DNA from: Trichoplax adhaerens
Lineage: Eukaryota > Animalia > Placozoa
DNA: 64,000 nt
NCBI RefSeq assembly: GCF_000150275.1
Contig: NW_002060945.1
Span: 4,885,397 to 4,949,396 of the forward strand
Reading direction: 5' to 3'
A program made the translations under genes and the position numbers. Each line of letters starts with the position of its first letter. Position 1 is the first letter of the stretch. Below, piece by piece: positions 43,027 through 64,000 of the stretch. A model generated the notes under the pieces. That model did not search any database. It was not told the origin of the DNA and worked only from the letters and a program-made list of their open reading frames with translations.

Positions 43027-45364
43027 ATGGAAAAGATTTTTCTTGAAGGTAATAGATCACCTTGATCCATGTTACAAATTTGTTTTTTTTACCCTAAGTT
43101 ACAGATTATATTAGTATGATAGCGAAATTTAGACAAAGTATGATTTTATAACATCAAACCTTATCTCTTTTGCTAAATCTTATTTTAATTCCTGCTTAGT
43201 TGCTATTCCAATTACAGCCGTCATGGTAACAATTTTGGTTATAGCCATTGCTTTGTATATTATGTATATTAAGGGCTACTGCTGTTGGAGAAACAACGCC
43301 TTGGCACACGTCGAAACTGTTCCCGACTTGAAAACTTACCATCAACAGCAGCAACCTTCTACTCCGTCTGTTATACTAAAACGAGTTAAAACTAATTGCA
43401 TTGATGTAAGCTATGCCGATCGAAATAGTGGCCAAAGAGATAGGAATACCAAAATGGCAGTAAACGATCCTACAACACAACCATCCTCAAAATTACAAGA
43501 TATTCTCTCTTACGAACGAAGTGTCACTAATAGACCGTCCGAATCAAGTGTCCAATTTGTTAATAATTCTTATCCATTACCGGCTGTGGGCTATACCGTA
43601 GTCAGAGCTCAGCCAATTTCAAGATCAAATCAAACCATATCACCACTAGATCAATCTAGATATCGCAGTAAAAGTGCAGATTATATTCAAACTCACAAAG
43701 TACGACGAGGAAATAAGCACAAAGAATGTAAAAGCTTACAGTCGTCAAAATTCAAGACTTCTGTTAGTGATTATGAAGTCATTAAATTAAGCCAATCTCA
43801 GAATATTCCGCAGCAAGTATTTAATCATTCAATCAGCTGCAACGAAAGCCCATCGACCAACAAATTTACAAGGTCTTCCACTCAAGTTCAATATAATAAA
43901 GACAAAAAATCCCATCCAAGCGTATTTGATTCCTCCTTTAAAGCCAATTCAAGCAATTTATCATCGGTTGACGAGATAGAACAAGAAATGAGTGACTTCG
44001 ATCACGATTCTGGTCGAATAGATGTAGGAACGATAGAATTATCTGTTATTTATAACTCATTGCATAATCAACTACGCGTAACTGTAATTAAAGCAACAAG
44101 ATTGCAAGCTAAACAAAACGATGGAAAAGATACCATTAATCCTTACGTTAAGATTAGCTTACTACCTGGTAGAAAGCATAAGCAGCGTAGCCAAGTTAAA
44201 CGTAAAACATTTAATCCTCAGTTTAATCAAACTCTCATTTTGCGGCGCGTTTCGCTTGATGTCCTAAATCGTTCAATACTTTACGTTGCGGTATACGATT
44301 TTGATCACTTTCTGAAGCATGATCTAATTGGAGAGGTTTTTATTCCGTTAAATGATAATAATAAGTTGCGTGGTACCATATCGTCCTACAATTTAAGAAC
44401 CAAAAAGTACCATTTGGTAAACTAAATTATAAATCTAAATAGAAAATATTATATGCACAGAATAATACTTTTCATACAGTATTAGTATAACTATAAATTG
44501 AAATGAAATTCTAATCTTGATTCGCTTTATTATATGGTTTAGCTACAACGTGATTGTGGAGAAATTTGCATTGCTTTATTAAATCAGACTGTGTCTGGGC
44601 ATATTTTAATTACAATTTTAAAGGCTCACAATCTGCCACCTTCAACTGCCACCAATGCAGCAGGTAAGCTCATACGACTTTCTCTGATGATAAATTATAA
44701 CACTTCCCATTTTACCCCGCTAAGATTATCTTTTTTTTAATTTTTGGGGGGGGGGAACAAAGTGAGTCAATAAAATGATTTTTATTTTAACGATTATTTT
44801 AAGCAATAAATATTTATATGCCTAATTTATTATGACAAGAATCTATCTTAACATACTGTAACAATATTTATTTGAATGGTAGTACCGTAATTTTGCTAAT
44901 TAGCCGTAATCCATCACCCGACCTACAAAACAGTGATGTCTTCACTTTAAGCGTTTACAATGACCTAAGTTACTAAATTTGCTGTTCATTTCTACATATA
45001 ATTATTGCTTTCACTACTAACTTAATGTAATGACGCTGCTTTCCCCAAATCTGCGATAGATACTTACGTCAAGATTTACGTATTATGTGATGGTAGAAGA
45101 TTGTGTAAGAAGAAAACTCGTATTATCAGAAATTCGTTGAATCCAGTTTTTAATCAACAGTTTGCAGTAAAAATTGAAACACAACAGCTGGAACGAACTA
45201 CTACAATTATAGTATTAGCTTGCTATGATCGATTCATGCGAAGCAATAACATTGGTCAAGTAGTATTGAGCTTGTCAAGAAAAGGTCTAGAAAGGGAACA
45301 TTGGTATGATGTCATAAATTCACCCCATAGACAATCAGCTATTTGGCATAAGCTACATCGTTAG
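43027..45364 (+). CDS. Synaptotagmin-like protein (TM, linker, C2A, C2B); exons 43027-43048, 43200-44416, 44543-44663, 45060-45364
   Basis: N-terminal TM followed by CC; C2A NPYVKISLLP..RKTFNPQFNQ..VYDFDHFLKHDLIGEV; C2B DTYVK..KKKTRIIRNSLNPVFNQ; terminal WHKL motif. Confidence 0.88.
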
Positions 45365-47325
45365 ACCTATATTGGAGTAGTTGCAACATTTTTTTGGTAA
45401 TTCAAAGTATGGGTACACGTATATGGAACATTTGATAGCTATTTCAGGATTCAATTTTAAGTCATTAACTATCATTTGTTTCGATCATGGTAATTAACGT
45501 ACCGAATCTGAACAATTTAAATTACCTGCATTAATGCAATAACATCGTCGAAATAATTGCACCAAATCGTATAGATGAAGTACATGATTTTGACGATACT
45601 TCTTACCTTATAATATCGGTTAATAATTATAATTTAAGGCCAGTATCCAGATTGGTTATGTAATATTAATTTAAAACTCAACAGAGTTACCAGATACATT
45701 CACAAATGATTTCAACTATGCTGGTATGGGTATTTAACATTCATCATATATAAAGACTGTAAAAGAGACACCTTTCACTTCAAAAAGTCAAGTTACCTAT
45801 TATACTATAATAGCCAAACATAAATAGCAAATATTATAGTTAGTAATTACAGTATTCATTTCAAAATTGAATTGCAAACTAGTAAAGTATTGGTAGATTA
45901 ATAAGATTAACTTTAAGTAGTTAATTCTTAGTTTTTGCTGAGATTTCGGTTTTAGTCAGTAAAAATATCAGTGTGCCATAGTTCTTATTGACTGACCTGA
46001 GTACAAATATTTATTAACATTGCTATATTAAGGAATGAAGTTTTAAAACTGCAAATGCGTGTATAAAAAACTTTAGACTTATAAATTTTATGACATCAAT
46101 TATTGGCTTTAATCTTCTTGTATTTAGCTTAAAGTAATTTTATTATTTGCTAAGTAAAAATGTAGATGTTGCGCCCGAAAAGTATATACGACTAAGTAGC
46201 TAAACGTATCTATAGCTACTACCCTTGATGTACAATATAGCCGAAATGTCGCTGTATGTTATCTGTGACCACACTACTGCTCCTTCTTAACCTGGGCATC
46301 ATAAAATTATATTTATTGAACGATGTAGTTCACTGATATTGTCAATATACGGCATAACTTAAGTATGTACGTATGCTGAACATTGCACAGTGCAGAAACA
46401 AAATATAGAATGGGTTAGACCTAGCTATATTACCTTCGAGGAAAGTTCCATATAGCGTAGTATTATAGATAAGACGAAGCTACCATCGCATTCAAATAGT
46501 ATATTGTACGACTCATACAGTAGAAAGGGAGCCTTAACCAGGCGTACGTAAGCTATTTAAGTATTCTGAAATAAATTACGAAATAGTAAATACCTGTACA
46601 TTATACAGTATATCAGTCATACCGAAACATACATTCTTGTATACTATGCCGTAACAAAAGTATGCAATTAGATACTAAAGTCATTCGCCCGTATTTAATT
46701 AATTTTACAATTGTACGATACTAACTGATGATGAATAAATATTATTGAACAGGTCTTAACGTATCTGATATTTAGAAATACGTTTAGATAAATAATAACT
46801 AAAACTTTGCTTCGTTATTTAATTATGAAAAAGTGAACAAGGTAATGTAATACTTCATTGGAAGGATACTGAGTGTTGATGTAATTGATTTATTCAGATC
46901 ATTAAGTACATCATATCTCAGCGATATAACGAAAATGATTTAGCAACTTTACGTCTTAGGCAATCCAAAATTTACCAATCTTACATCATGCATTATTATG
47001 TTATAGTTATATCACACGTACACCCTACAAATATCATGCAGCCACACACACGTCATACTATTCGGAGTTGTCCTCTTTGTACATACACAGTTACATTTTT
47101 AAATATAATTTTAAATTCTTTTATTCCTGAATTTTCTAATAACAATAAAGTTAGAAAGGCCACATTACAAAATGTTTTACTATTGATAATTTCGGTCACA
47201 ATTATCTACCAAGAGGGTATAATCACGAGCTGGAGTCATTTTACGTCGATTACAATGAAAGGAGAAAAAAATACGTAACTAAATGAAAGAATCAATACAT
47301 CTCATAGACTTAATTAGCCGAGTTC

Positions 47326-50300
47326 TTATAATTCTGACTTCTTCTTTTTCTTGCCAAGCTTCACAGTAGATGTAGATCGTTGCTTAATGTAGTCAACGAA
47401 ATCGGAAACTTCACGTCCACCCTAAAGATAATTAGATAATCGAAATATTGTTTACACGTACCATAGATACAACCTATAGACATGCTAAGATCTATGAATT
47501 GATATAAATTGCGCAAGCATAAAAGAATATGTAAACCTACCTCATAACGAGCGGGAGATTTTTTATTATTGGCTGGAGCCCAGTAAATAGTTGGAAATCT
47601 GAATATGAAAATAAATATGAAGGTAAATATCATTTATTTGCTACAGTACAATGAAGGTGTGTATCAATTACAAAGCCTACCCCTGGACATCGTACGATGA
47701 TGGAACATCATTAGCAGTAGCATCCATTTTAGCAATTACGATATGATCGTTTCCAGAAAGCTGTTAAATAAAGAAATTTATAAGCATTTGCGTCGAACTA
47801 AGCAAAGTTTAAAATATGAAATAAAATTTATTCAGCTACGCAAGTTACAACAGACTGTATATATTTGAGTCATGCCTTTTTGCCAAGTTCTTCGTATTTT
47901 GGTGCAAGAGTTTTGCAGTGACCACACCAAGGAGCGTAAAATTCAATCAAAACATCTTTGTTTGGGTCGTTAACAATTTCATCAAAGTTTGACGCCACCA
48001 CTACCTGTTGATTTAGTATAGAGCGTACGTTGTGAATATAGTACTGTTACTATCGTATGCGGATCTCACAAGAAGAAACATGATGTTTTATTAATAAGAT
48101 TTACGGATTCATATACATACCTTAACTGGGCCGTCATTGGAAGCAGGTACTGGCTCTGATTTTAAGTATGGTTTCAATTCGCCATTTGAATATTTTGTTA
48201 AAAATTCCTTAAAGTTTTCCATGCTAAATTTGAAATGTTTAGTAAAGTATTCCAGTTATTTATTACTACATTCAGAATATCTGCTACTTATTCTACAATA
48301 GCATAAAGCTTGCTACTCACGAGAATGAATCTGACATAGCAAACTTTTTTCCACTTTCGTCTCTAACACCAATTACCATATCATCACTTGAGGAAGCACC
48401 GAATTGTTCGATATCTTGCGGAAATTCATCCTTATTGGCAATAGCATAGTTTAGCTTAACTCCCCCTGCGGACATTTCTTTAGCAATTTTCATGATCCTA
48501 TTAATGAAACAAGGAGCAATTTAACCTAGCATTTACTGTATATCTGAAGATTGAGTGAAAAAAGAATTGTTTAAACGATAAAAAAAATATCAGTCATAGT
48601 TTAAACTTACCTATTTCTGTAGTAATTTGTACCTACAGAATTTAAGTGCGATACGTTAGCACTCTCTACAATAACGTCAAAACATAAAAATTATGTTAAC
48701 ATTACCTTTAGGATTTTTTACGTAATCTACGTCATAGAATGCGATAACAAGGGGCTTTTCAAATTGGTCTTTATTATTGTCAGTCATTACCCCAGCTAAC
48801 CCTAAGCTAAATTGAGAAAAACATCACATGCAATGTTATAAATTTATTGAAAGTAACGGATTAACAGCTTAAAGGAATTACCTATTCTTTCGATAAAAAT
48901 CTTTCAAATCATCAACACTCGCTGCTCCACTGTATTTCACCCTTTGTTCTTCAAATTTAGACTTTAACAATGGAGAACGGAAGAGAACTACAGCGCTATA
49001 GTAATGCGTAATAGATCGAATATTAATTAGAACACTAGTATGATAATTCTTCATCCTTGTATCTTGATAATTTCCGAATCTACCTTCTGTAGCCGTATTT
49101 ATCCATCAATTCAGTTTCCGAAGTATGTGCAAAACGATGGGTATCACGCATACTATTTGCAGACTTTAAGAAAGCCTTGGAAAGATCATCTTCTTGAGCG
49201 AAAAAACCTATTACACGTATAGAACCGTTATTCCGTTAACGCTTATTGCGCACGCAGCTCAATCAAAAAATACGTAAAACTAACCAACAAAAGTTGCAAC
49301 TGTAGATTTCTTCAAGTAGGCAGTCAACTGTTCATCAGTCTTAATTGCTAAACAAATTAAAATTAAAATAACACTATCAGTTTAATCATTCAAAATACCC
49401 CATACTTATAAATCTAGTGAGAAAAATCATGTTTCATCTCATTTGTAGTCACAATTTATTGTTAACTCTTTTTAATTTTCTACTTTAAATTGACTAGGAC
49501 TTACATTTGGAGCTGGGTCCTGCCTGCTTTTGCATATATGAAATAATTCCCTCTAAATTAAGAATATAAATTTTCCTTAAAATTATTCATAAACAAATTC
49601 TGCCAATAATTACAAACTACTCACTGTCTTCAATAAAACAAATATATGCAATAAGATAACCTTAATTTTAAACACTACAGAATTCTTACTTGCTTCTCTT
49701 GGGCCGTTATAATCGGCTGATAGGGCTCCATTGCGAAAGATTTTCAAAGTTGGATACCCGCTAACTCCATATTTGCCACATAGATCACTTTCAGCGGTAC
49801 AATCAACCTGTTGAAATTGTGATTGGAATTTAATCAGTGAATTTCTCGACGCTAAATCAAAAATAAACTGCTTTGAATGCCTCGAGAACATGAAAAAGAT
49901 ATACTAAGAGACGGAAAGGGTGCGAAGGAGAAGTCAAGCAAAGTGTTATTAGACTATAGCATAAATATAATATTACCAGTAAGTTATATTACCACAATAT
50001 GTATAAAGGAAATGCATACAGGAGTGAGATACAGACGGTACTTCTATACGAGCACTGCTGAATTATGATTTAAGAAATAAACAACCACAATCTAGGATGC
50101 ACACATACATGTATATATGTCATATATATTATGTTATTACACTATTCATGTCTTCACTTCGTAAACAGATTTGATTAAAACGGTCAAATAGTTACCGATA
50201 CAGTACAAATTCTGTAAACAATTTGTAACCGTTTCATATCAATGCATTATTCACCAGCATGTATGTTGACTGAAACGGTTGCAAATTCATCATATGGAAT

Positions 50301-52661
50301 CGCGAATAAAATTATTATTTAAAGCAGAAAGATTTGATATAATTTAATCATCTTTGGCTACCGATGCACCGATGTTCCAATAATTAATAGAGATATTAGA
50401 AATAAAATGTTACGAATTGTCTTCGATAACGAGCTGTCGAATAACGTATACTAATACTGCCGTAAAAGACTGAAAAATTCGATGGAATATAAGGAACAGA
50501 ATTGACGTTATTACACTGTAACATCTTTCTAATTAGCCTTCATTCTCATTCAGAGATGCAGTATACTCGTATCTGGGGTTGGTTATAAATGTTACGGAGC
50601 GGTAAATCATATCATAAATGGGAGAGGAAAATTGTGCATGAACCAAAAAATTCTGACCATTACAATATGCGAGCAAGGCTGCGCTCCTATGCAAAGGCCC
50701 CAATAATTACGAATGATATAATTTTTTCTTACTCTGCCTACAGACCTTAGCCAAAGGTACCGGAGGATCATTCCTCTTTAATTCTGTAGCAGCACTTTCA
50801 TACTGAGGAGCAAGATTCTTACAATGGCCGCACCTATTAGAAAATGAATAATAGTATAATCAATCACAATTTCATTCAAGGATACAGCCTAAGAAAAGTA
50901 TAGTTTAAGTACGGATAGTATTCAATTATCAGTATTTAATTCTTCTATACGTATTAAGTGTGCTTTGATATCTGTGACTAGTGTACAGTAATTGCAGTAA
51001 ATTACTCGGTCATGTCACTGCATGCAGTCAAAATGTAAATTTTAGTAAACTCTCTACCAAGCTCTCGTCACAGCTTGATTTCAATACAAAATAAGTTGGT
51101 AAGGATAAGGAATGAATACAGCATACTACGTATGTATGGTATCGCAACTCTTGGCTTGAAAATACGAAAAATTCAAAGGACAGCGTAAGCCAATCACCAA
51201 TTTTTGAATTTAGATTTGCAATAAGACAAGTCTCAGCAGATTACAGCGAAATCGATCACAATATGAAACTTACACTACAAAACCACGTAATAGCTACTAT
51301 GCATACTGTAATTTCAGCAGGCAACTAATGAATTCTTTAACTGAAGTTATGATATACGTAATTAATTAATGTCTCAGTCGGGAAAGAACAAATACATTTG
51401 CTAGACGGAACTTTATTGTAGGGGCTGCAATAACAGTTTACTGATGGATTGCTAAATGTGACACTTCAATACACTCATTGTCCAGAGAGGGCAACTCACT
51501 GAGCGATTGTTCACCTTCATTTCTGTACTCTAGCACCTGACATGAATAATATGATGGTAATAAGGGACAACAGTGTCACTTGAGTAAATACCGTACTTGT
51601 CGTCACTTTTAGATTAATGTTTGTGTTGCGATACTGAAAGAGTGAAAGTCTGGAGCATTAACCATCACCAACTGGATCGTTATATAATTATAATTATAAT
51701 TATCTCTATCAAGGTCTTCTATTGCAGTAGTCCTTGTCTCTAACTAGTTTATACGTATGATACGTTTCTACCATAGAGTTAAGAGAAAAAACCTTTGGGT
51801 TTTTTTCTTAACTCTATGGTTTCTACACGTATACCATGGATTTCTACTGTACAGTACAGTAAATCTCGAAGTCTATGCGCTACTGAGTGGAGATGTACTG
51901 TACAGTACATTGTAAGACATTTAGTAGCTATCCAGTACAAGGCAATTACTGTATTAACCTAGGTTATTAATCTGAGTAATGATATTCTCAATATTCTAAC
52001 TCCTAGTTGCAACATTCAGATCATTATTAATTATTAATAATTATGATTAACAGGCATGGTAGAGGATGGCTGCAAACATAGTACAGTAATTTTTCACTAT
52101 GAGGGCAATTCTGATCACTTTGTTAATTTTATTCTTGTTGCGTAAAGTTATGTATGATGACTGTCATAATTTACGCAACTGGAACGAAAACTGAATCATA
52201 CAGTATGTAATATATCCAGGATAAGCGCCGCTAAGTTGAAGATACGCGTATAATTGTAATTTACGTGTATGTTCAGTAGAACTACATTGCAAGACGGATC
52301 AAACTGAAGACTTGATTTATGAGCATCGCACACAGTAAGAAATCGAGAACTGATCCTTAAATGTACAGAATCTATACTGCATATTGCATTCCGTTATTTT
52401 ATAATTTTGTTAAAACAGTATGAGATAATAGCATCAATGCCATTTGATATATACTGTATTCAGTTTTAACAGTGGTTAACAGTCTAACAGTCTTAATAAG
52501 TTAGACGGTAACTTAACTTACCATGGAGCATAAAATTCGACCAGAGTGATATCTTGTTGAGCAATCACAGAGTTAAAATTGCTTGTCTTTAATTCAATAA
52601 CATCACTGGCTGCTGCCAGAGTAACGAATACAAGGCACGCCAGAGTTATAAAACGTAACAT
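47326..52661 (-). CDS. PDIA3: Protein disulfide-isomerase A3 (ERp57), multi-exon
   Basis: Signal peptide [21 protein letters not shown]; two [10 protein letters not shown] motifs; [22 protein letters not shown] (PDIA3-type b' motif); [10 protein letters not shown]; C-terminal KKKKKSEL*. Confidence 0.93.
51772..51818. mobile_element. 47-bp TIR-only DNA transposon remnant (P-element/hAT-type 8-bp TSD) in PDIA3 intron 1
   Basis: GTTTCTAC | CATAGAGTTAAGAGAAAAAACC-TTTG-GGTTTTTTTCTTAACTCTATG | GTTTCTAC; identical 8-bp flanks at 51764-51771 and 51819-51826. Confidence 0.8.
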
Positions 52662-52821
52662 CTTGAAAATTACTGTTAATTAAGTCTAATTTCGATAGAC
52701 GAAAGATTTTACTAGCTTAATCAACTTTAAGCTGGCCTAGAAGATGAAACTAAATCCGCGAGGAGTAAGTGGCTTTACAGTACGCAAGGCAAAAGTTTAT
52801 CAGTACTGCTTTTCATTTGTA

Positions 52822-53294
52822 CACGTCACGTCACAGTACAAGTGTACTCTTTATGGTACAGTACTGTACCGGCGAAGTGTGCCGTGCCGTACCAGGGACT
52901 ACTAGAAAGTCCTGGCCGTAACTGAAGGCTCTGTACGACGCAGACGTGGCAACGTGTTACAAGCTAACGCCAAATGTTGTCTCGTGCCATTACCATACAG
53001 TACTGTACAGTGTACAGTACATACTGTATCAGTACTATGTACAGTACTGTGTACAGTACTTCTTTTGGCTGTCTTCACTTACTGTCCTGTACAGTACTGT
53101 ATTAGTAGTGTCTAGTCTTCAACACTGTACAGTACAGTACTGTACTGTGTGCACACTACAGTATTATTAGACTACTGTACTGTACTGTACTGCAGACTAG
53201 ACTAAACTCAACGCTCTGCATCATTGTCAAATGTCAACCACTTTTGTAACCTCGTGACATGTTAGGAACGCGCTACATGGAATGCTATGATTGG
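52822..53294 (-). promoter_or_regulatory. Candidate unfolded-protein-response elements upstream of PDIA3
   Basis: Overlapping TGACGTGA/TGACGTGT (52821-52833, minus strand), GACGTGG (52943-52949), and CCAAT-N9-CCATG (53294-53276, minus strand; one mismatch to ERSE CCAAT-N9-CCACG). Confidence 0.5.
52996..53193. repeat. (GTACW)n array upstream of PDIA3
   Basis: tacagtactgtacagtgtacagtacatactgta...ctgtacagtacagtactgtactgtg...actgtactgtactgtactgc. Confidence 0.9.
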
Positions 53295-55278
53295 CTGAAC
53301 TTATTTGACCATCATACCTTGCGGCCCCTGACTACAGTACATAACATTATTATCTTATCTTATTATTATCAGCGACTACAAAAAGAAAGAAAAGGAAGAA
53401 GGACATAAAGTGACGCTAAGTTGGTTTTATGCAGTATGATATACTGTTTCATTGGTACCGTATATTAGAATGAGCGGAAAAAAGAATAGGCCTCCATATT
53501 ATTTTACGCTGACGGCCGCTTTCCGTCCTTCTTTCTTTCCTTTTAGTACAATAAGAATTTCTCAAGTGATACAGTATTTGTATAGCGATTCCACTCATTT
53601 CGGGTTCAAAAATCAATCATCTATTCGGGTTGCGTTTTCATTTCATTTAAGGACTCTCGTTATTATAGTCGCTGATACCCTAGGCGCGCGTACCCACTTT
53701 TACGCACTTCATGCCACTGAGACTGAGTGTACCCGACGTCAATAAACATTAATCACCTGTTCACGTACTCTGGTTATTCCCTCATACTGTAAACTACATT
53801 TTCTTATACTTAATTCAGTGCAGTAAACGTTACTGTAAGGCCCATATTTATCTTACTGTATGCCTACGAAAGGAAGCTTCTTCTCAAGCTTAACACAGAG
53901 TACTCGTTCATACTGAAAGCTGCTATACTGTACTGTACTGTGTACACTACAGTAGAAGATTTCAATAAATTCCTCAATTTTCAAGATTTACGAACATCAA
54001 GCGGTGTTTTACAATATAGCGTAGATCATACAGTAACAACAATTGAACGGTTCAGTAACCTGACCTAGTAGTAGGAGGACTGGTCAAATATAGCGCAGTT
54101 TTGCTCTACTATTAGAATAGATATATTTGATTTTATTTTAGTAATCTGTTGTAGCAGTAATGCGCTCGTGATACTTCACGTAAATACTCGGTATGTTGTT
54201 TACTACACTACATTTATTACTTAGTAATAATACATTGTTATCACTAACAAACTCGAGGAGTAATACATTACATCTACAGTATAACCACAGATATTCGTTC
54301 GCACAGTAGGATGTAAGCCAAGAAGACTGCAGACAATAAATACATTAAATAGTGATATAAATATAGCCTTTTTAATTATAAAATGAACAGCGAAATTTCT
54401 GTGATGTACGGTATAGCACGAGTAGAACCAATTATATACGTGCACTTACACACATACTGTACACAACCTGATTAAATCGCATTTGTGATGTCGATTGCTG
54501 AAATATAGTCATTGCTATTTTACGAAGAAGTAGTAATCATACCCTATTACAGTACATCAGTTTTATACAAGTACAGTAAATACAAATGATCGATATACCC
54601 TTATCCTACAGTGCAATAGTCAAAGAGTTTCTACTAAGGGCTAATAAATTATTTTTAAATGACGTCATAACTGCACAGAAGCTCTCATAAAATCCATTGA
54701 AAAAGCGACCCATAATTCTATATGACTTTTGGTCAATATGTTATACAACATTAAGATGGATCCGATTCGCCTAGTTTAAACTTTCATATAGCATCCGTCG
54801 TATGACAGTTCGAAATTGATGTAATCTATTCGCGATACGTTTTTTATGTACAAGAATAGTATACAAAGTTAGATCGATCTTTATACAGTATTAATATTAA
54901 AACGTATTGAATATCACAGTAATTTAGGTATTACAGATATCATCCGAGCATGTAAAGATTACTGCTCGAAATAAGATGATTTCTAACAAATTTAAATGAA
55001 GAGACTGCCCCTTGAACACAGGTAGTTATATATCCCATATAGCTCAAAAGAACTACGGTCATTTGTCTTAGTTTCTAACGAGCAGATATCTTCTTTTAGT
55101 TTACGACCATCCTCAATATAAATCATCTTACGAATACTGCGCAATAACTCTTAAGCTATGACAGTGCTATAGATATTTGATATATCTTTCAGAGCGTTAG
55201 CCTTAAAGGATCTTCAAATATCAATAGATTATAAATAATACTTTTCTAACCACACAGCTTGCTTTCATTCTCTCACTG

Positions 55279-63290
<8,012 letters not shown>

Positions 63291-64000
63291 AGTCTGTGTC
63301 TCTTCTTTCGTCATAAAAAATGATTGCAAATTAGAATATAACAAACGCGAATGCTAATACTAATATACAATCTGCCTTAAATTACTAAATTTATTAACGT
63401 GCACCTCAAATAATTGATGTACATTATGATTTAAATCATGGTTGCACACACAATTACAGATTTACGCATGCATACATTCGCCGCAGTAAAGCTATAAATA
63501 CATTACTGCCAATTCTAAAAAGCGGAACCATAGTAAATAATAACCGCAAAGGGATACTGTCAGTTTGTAAGTAGAGATGCGCTAATACGGCGTGTTTAAA
63601 TTAAATTACAACTTAAAATGAAACATGAGGTCGTAAGATAATAATACACTTTATTACTCGTTTACCGAATCTCAGAATATAAAGGCTATGCCCAATTTAT
63701 TAATTAATTTATTTACCCTTAAAGATAGAATATATCGCTTTGGCGTACCAGTATAGAACGTTTTTATAGATAAAATTTCGCCGGATATCAGCTCAAGAGG
63801 CGATATGCGTACTGCAATTAACTCACCGGGTCGTTATCACTAATGCGCTAATCTGTTATGGCCTCTATTGAATTAGAGGCTTTTAATCCAATCGCAAATG
63901 TCACTATTAGTATTGTAAAGGTTAGGTTTAATGATTATGATCAATTATATTATTAGCTGTCTACATTGTGCTACAAAGTCCCTATAAATGGTCATGTTAC

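Noticed and set aside
53452-53745. 97-aa ORF between the PDIA3 promoter and the CHD1 3' end
   Set aside because: No domain or splice support; composition not clearly coding

Overview
AT-rich, gene-dense eukaryotic DNA with short GT-AG introns. The protein set and genome style suggest an early-branching animal, most plausibly a placozoan such as Trichoplax (inference, not verified). Hand splicing of the ORF fragments gives 13 protein-coding genes: five 3-exon UDP-glycosyltransferases (11-15060), SLC25A46, REEP5/6, a class I Rab11-FIP-like C2 protein, alpha-N-acetylgalactosaminidase head-to-head with MRPS11, a synaptotagmin-like protein, PDIA3/ERp57 and CHD1/2. There are two 50-N assembly gaps. 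No rRNA, tRNA or CRISPR was recognised. The most striking unexplained signal is a set of dense palindromic (GTAC-A/T)n islands upstream of the housekeeping genes, part of a wider TAC-N0-2-GTA motif family and a candidate lineage-specific promoter mark. Other observations: mosaic gene conversion among the UGTs; a stop codon that removes one UGT's ER-retrieval signal; a 47-bp TIR-only transposon remnant with a perfect 8-bp TSD; a 360-bp intronic foldback; ERSE/UPRE-like motifs upstream of PDIA3; a frameshift in the CHD1 poly-Asp tract; and a possible unannotated spliced minus-strand transcript with an amidated-peptide-like motif.
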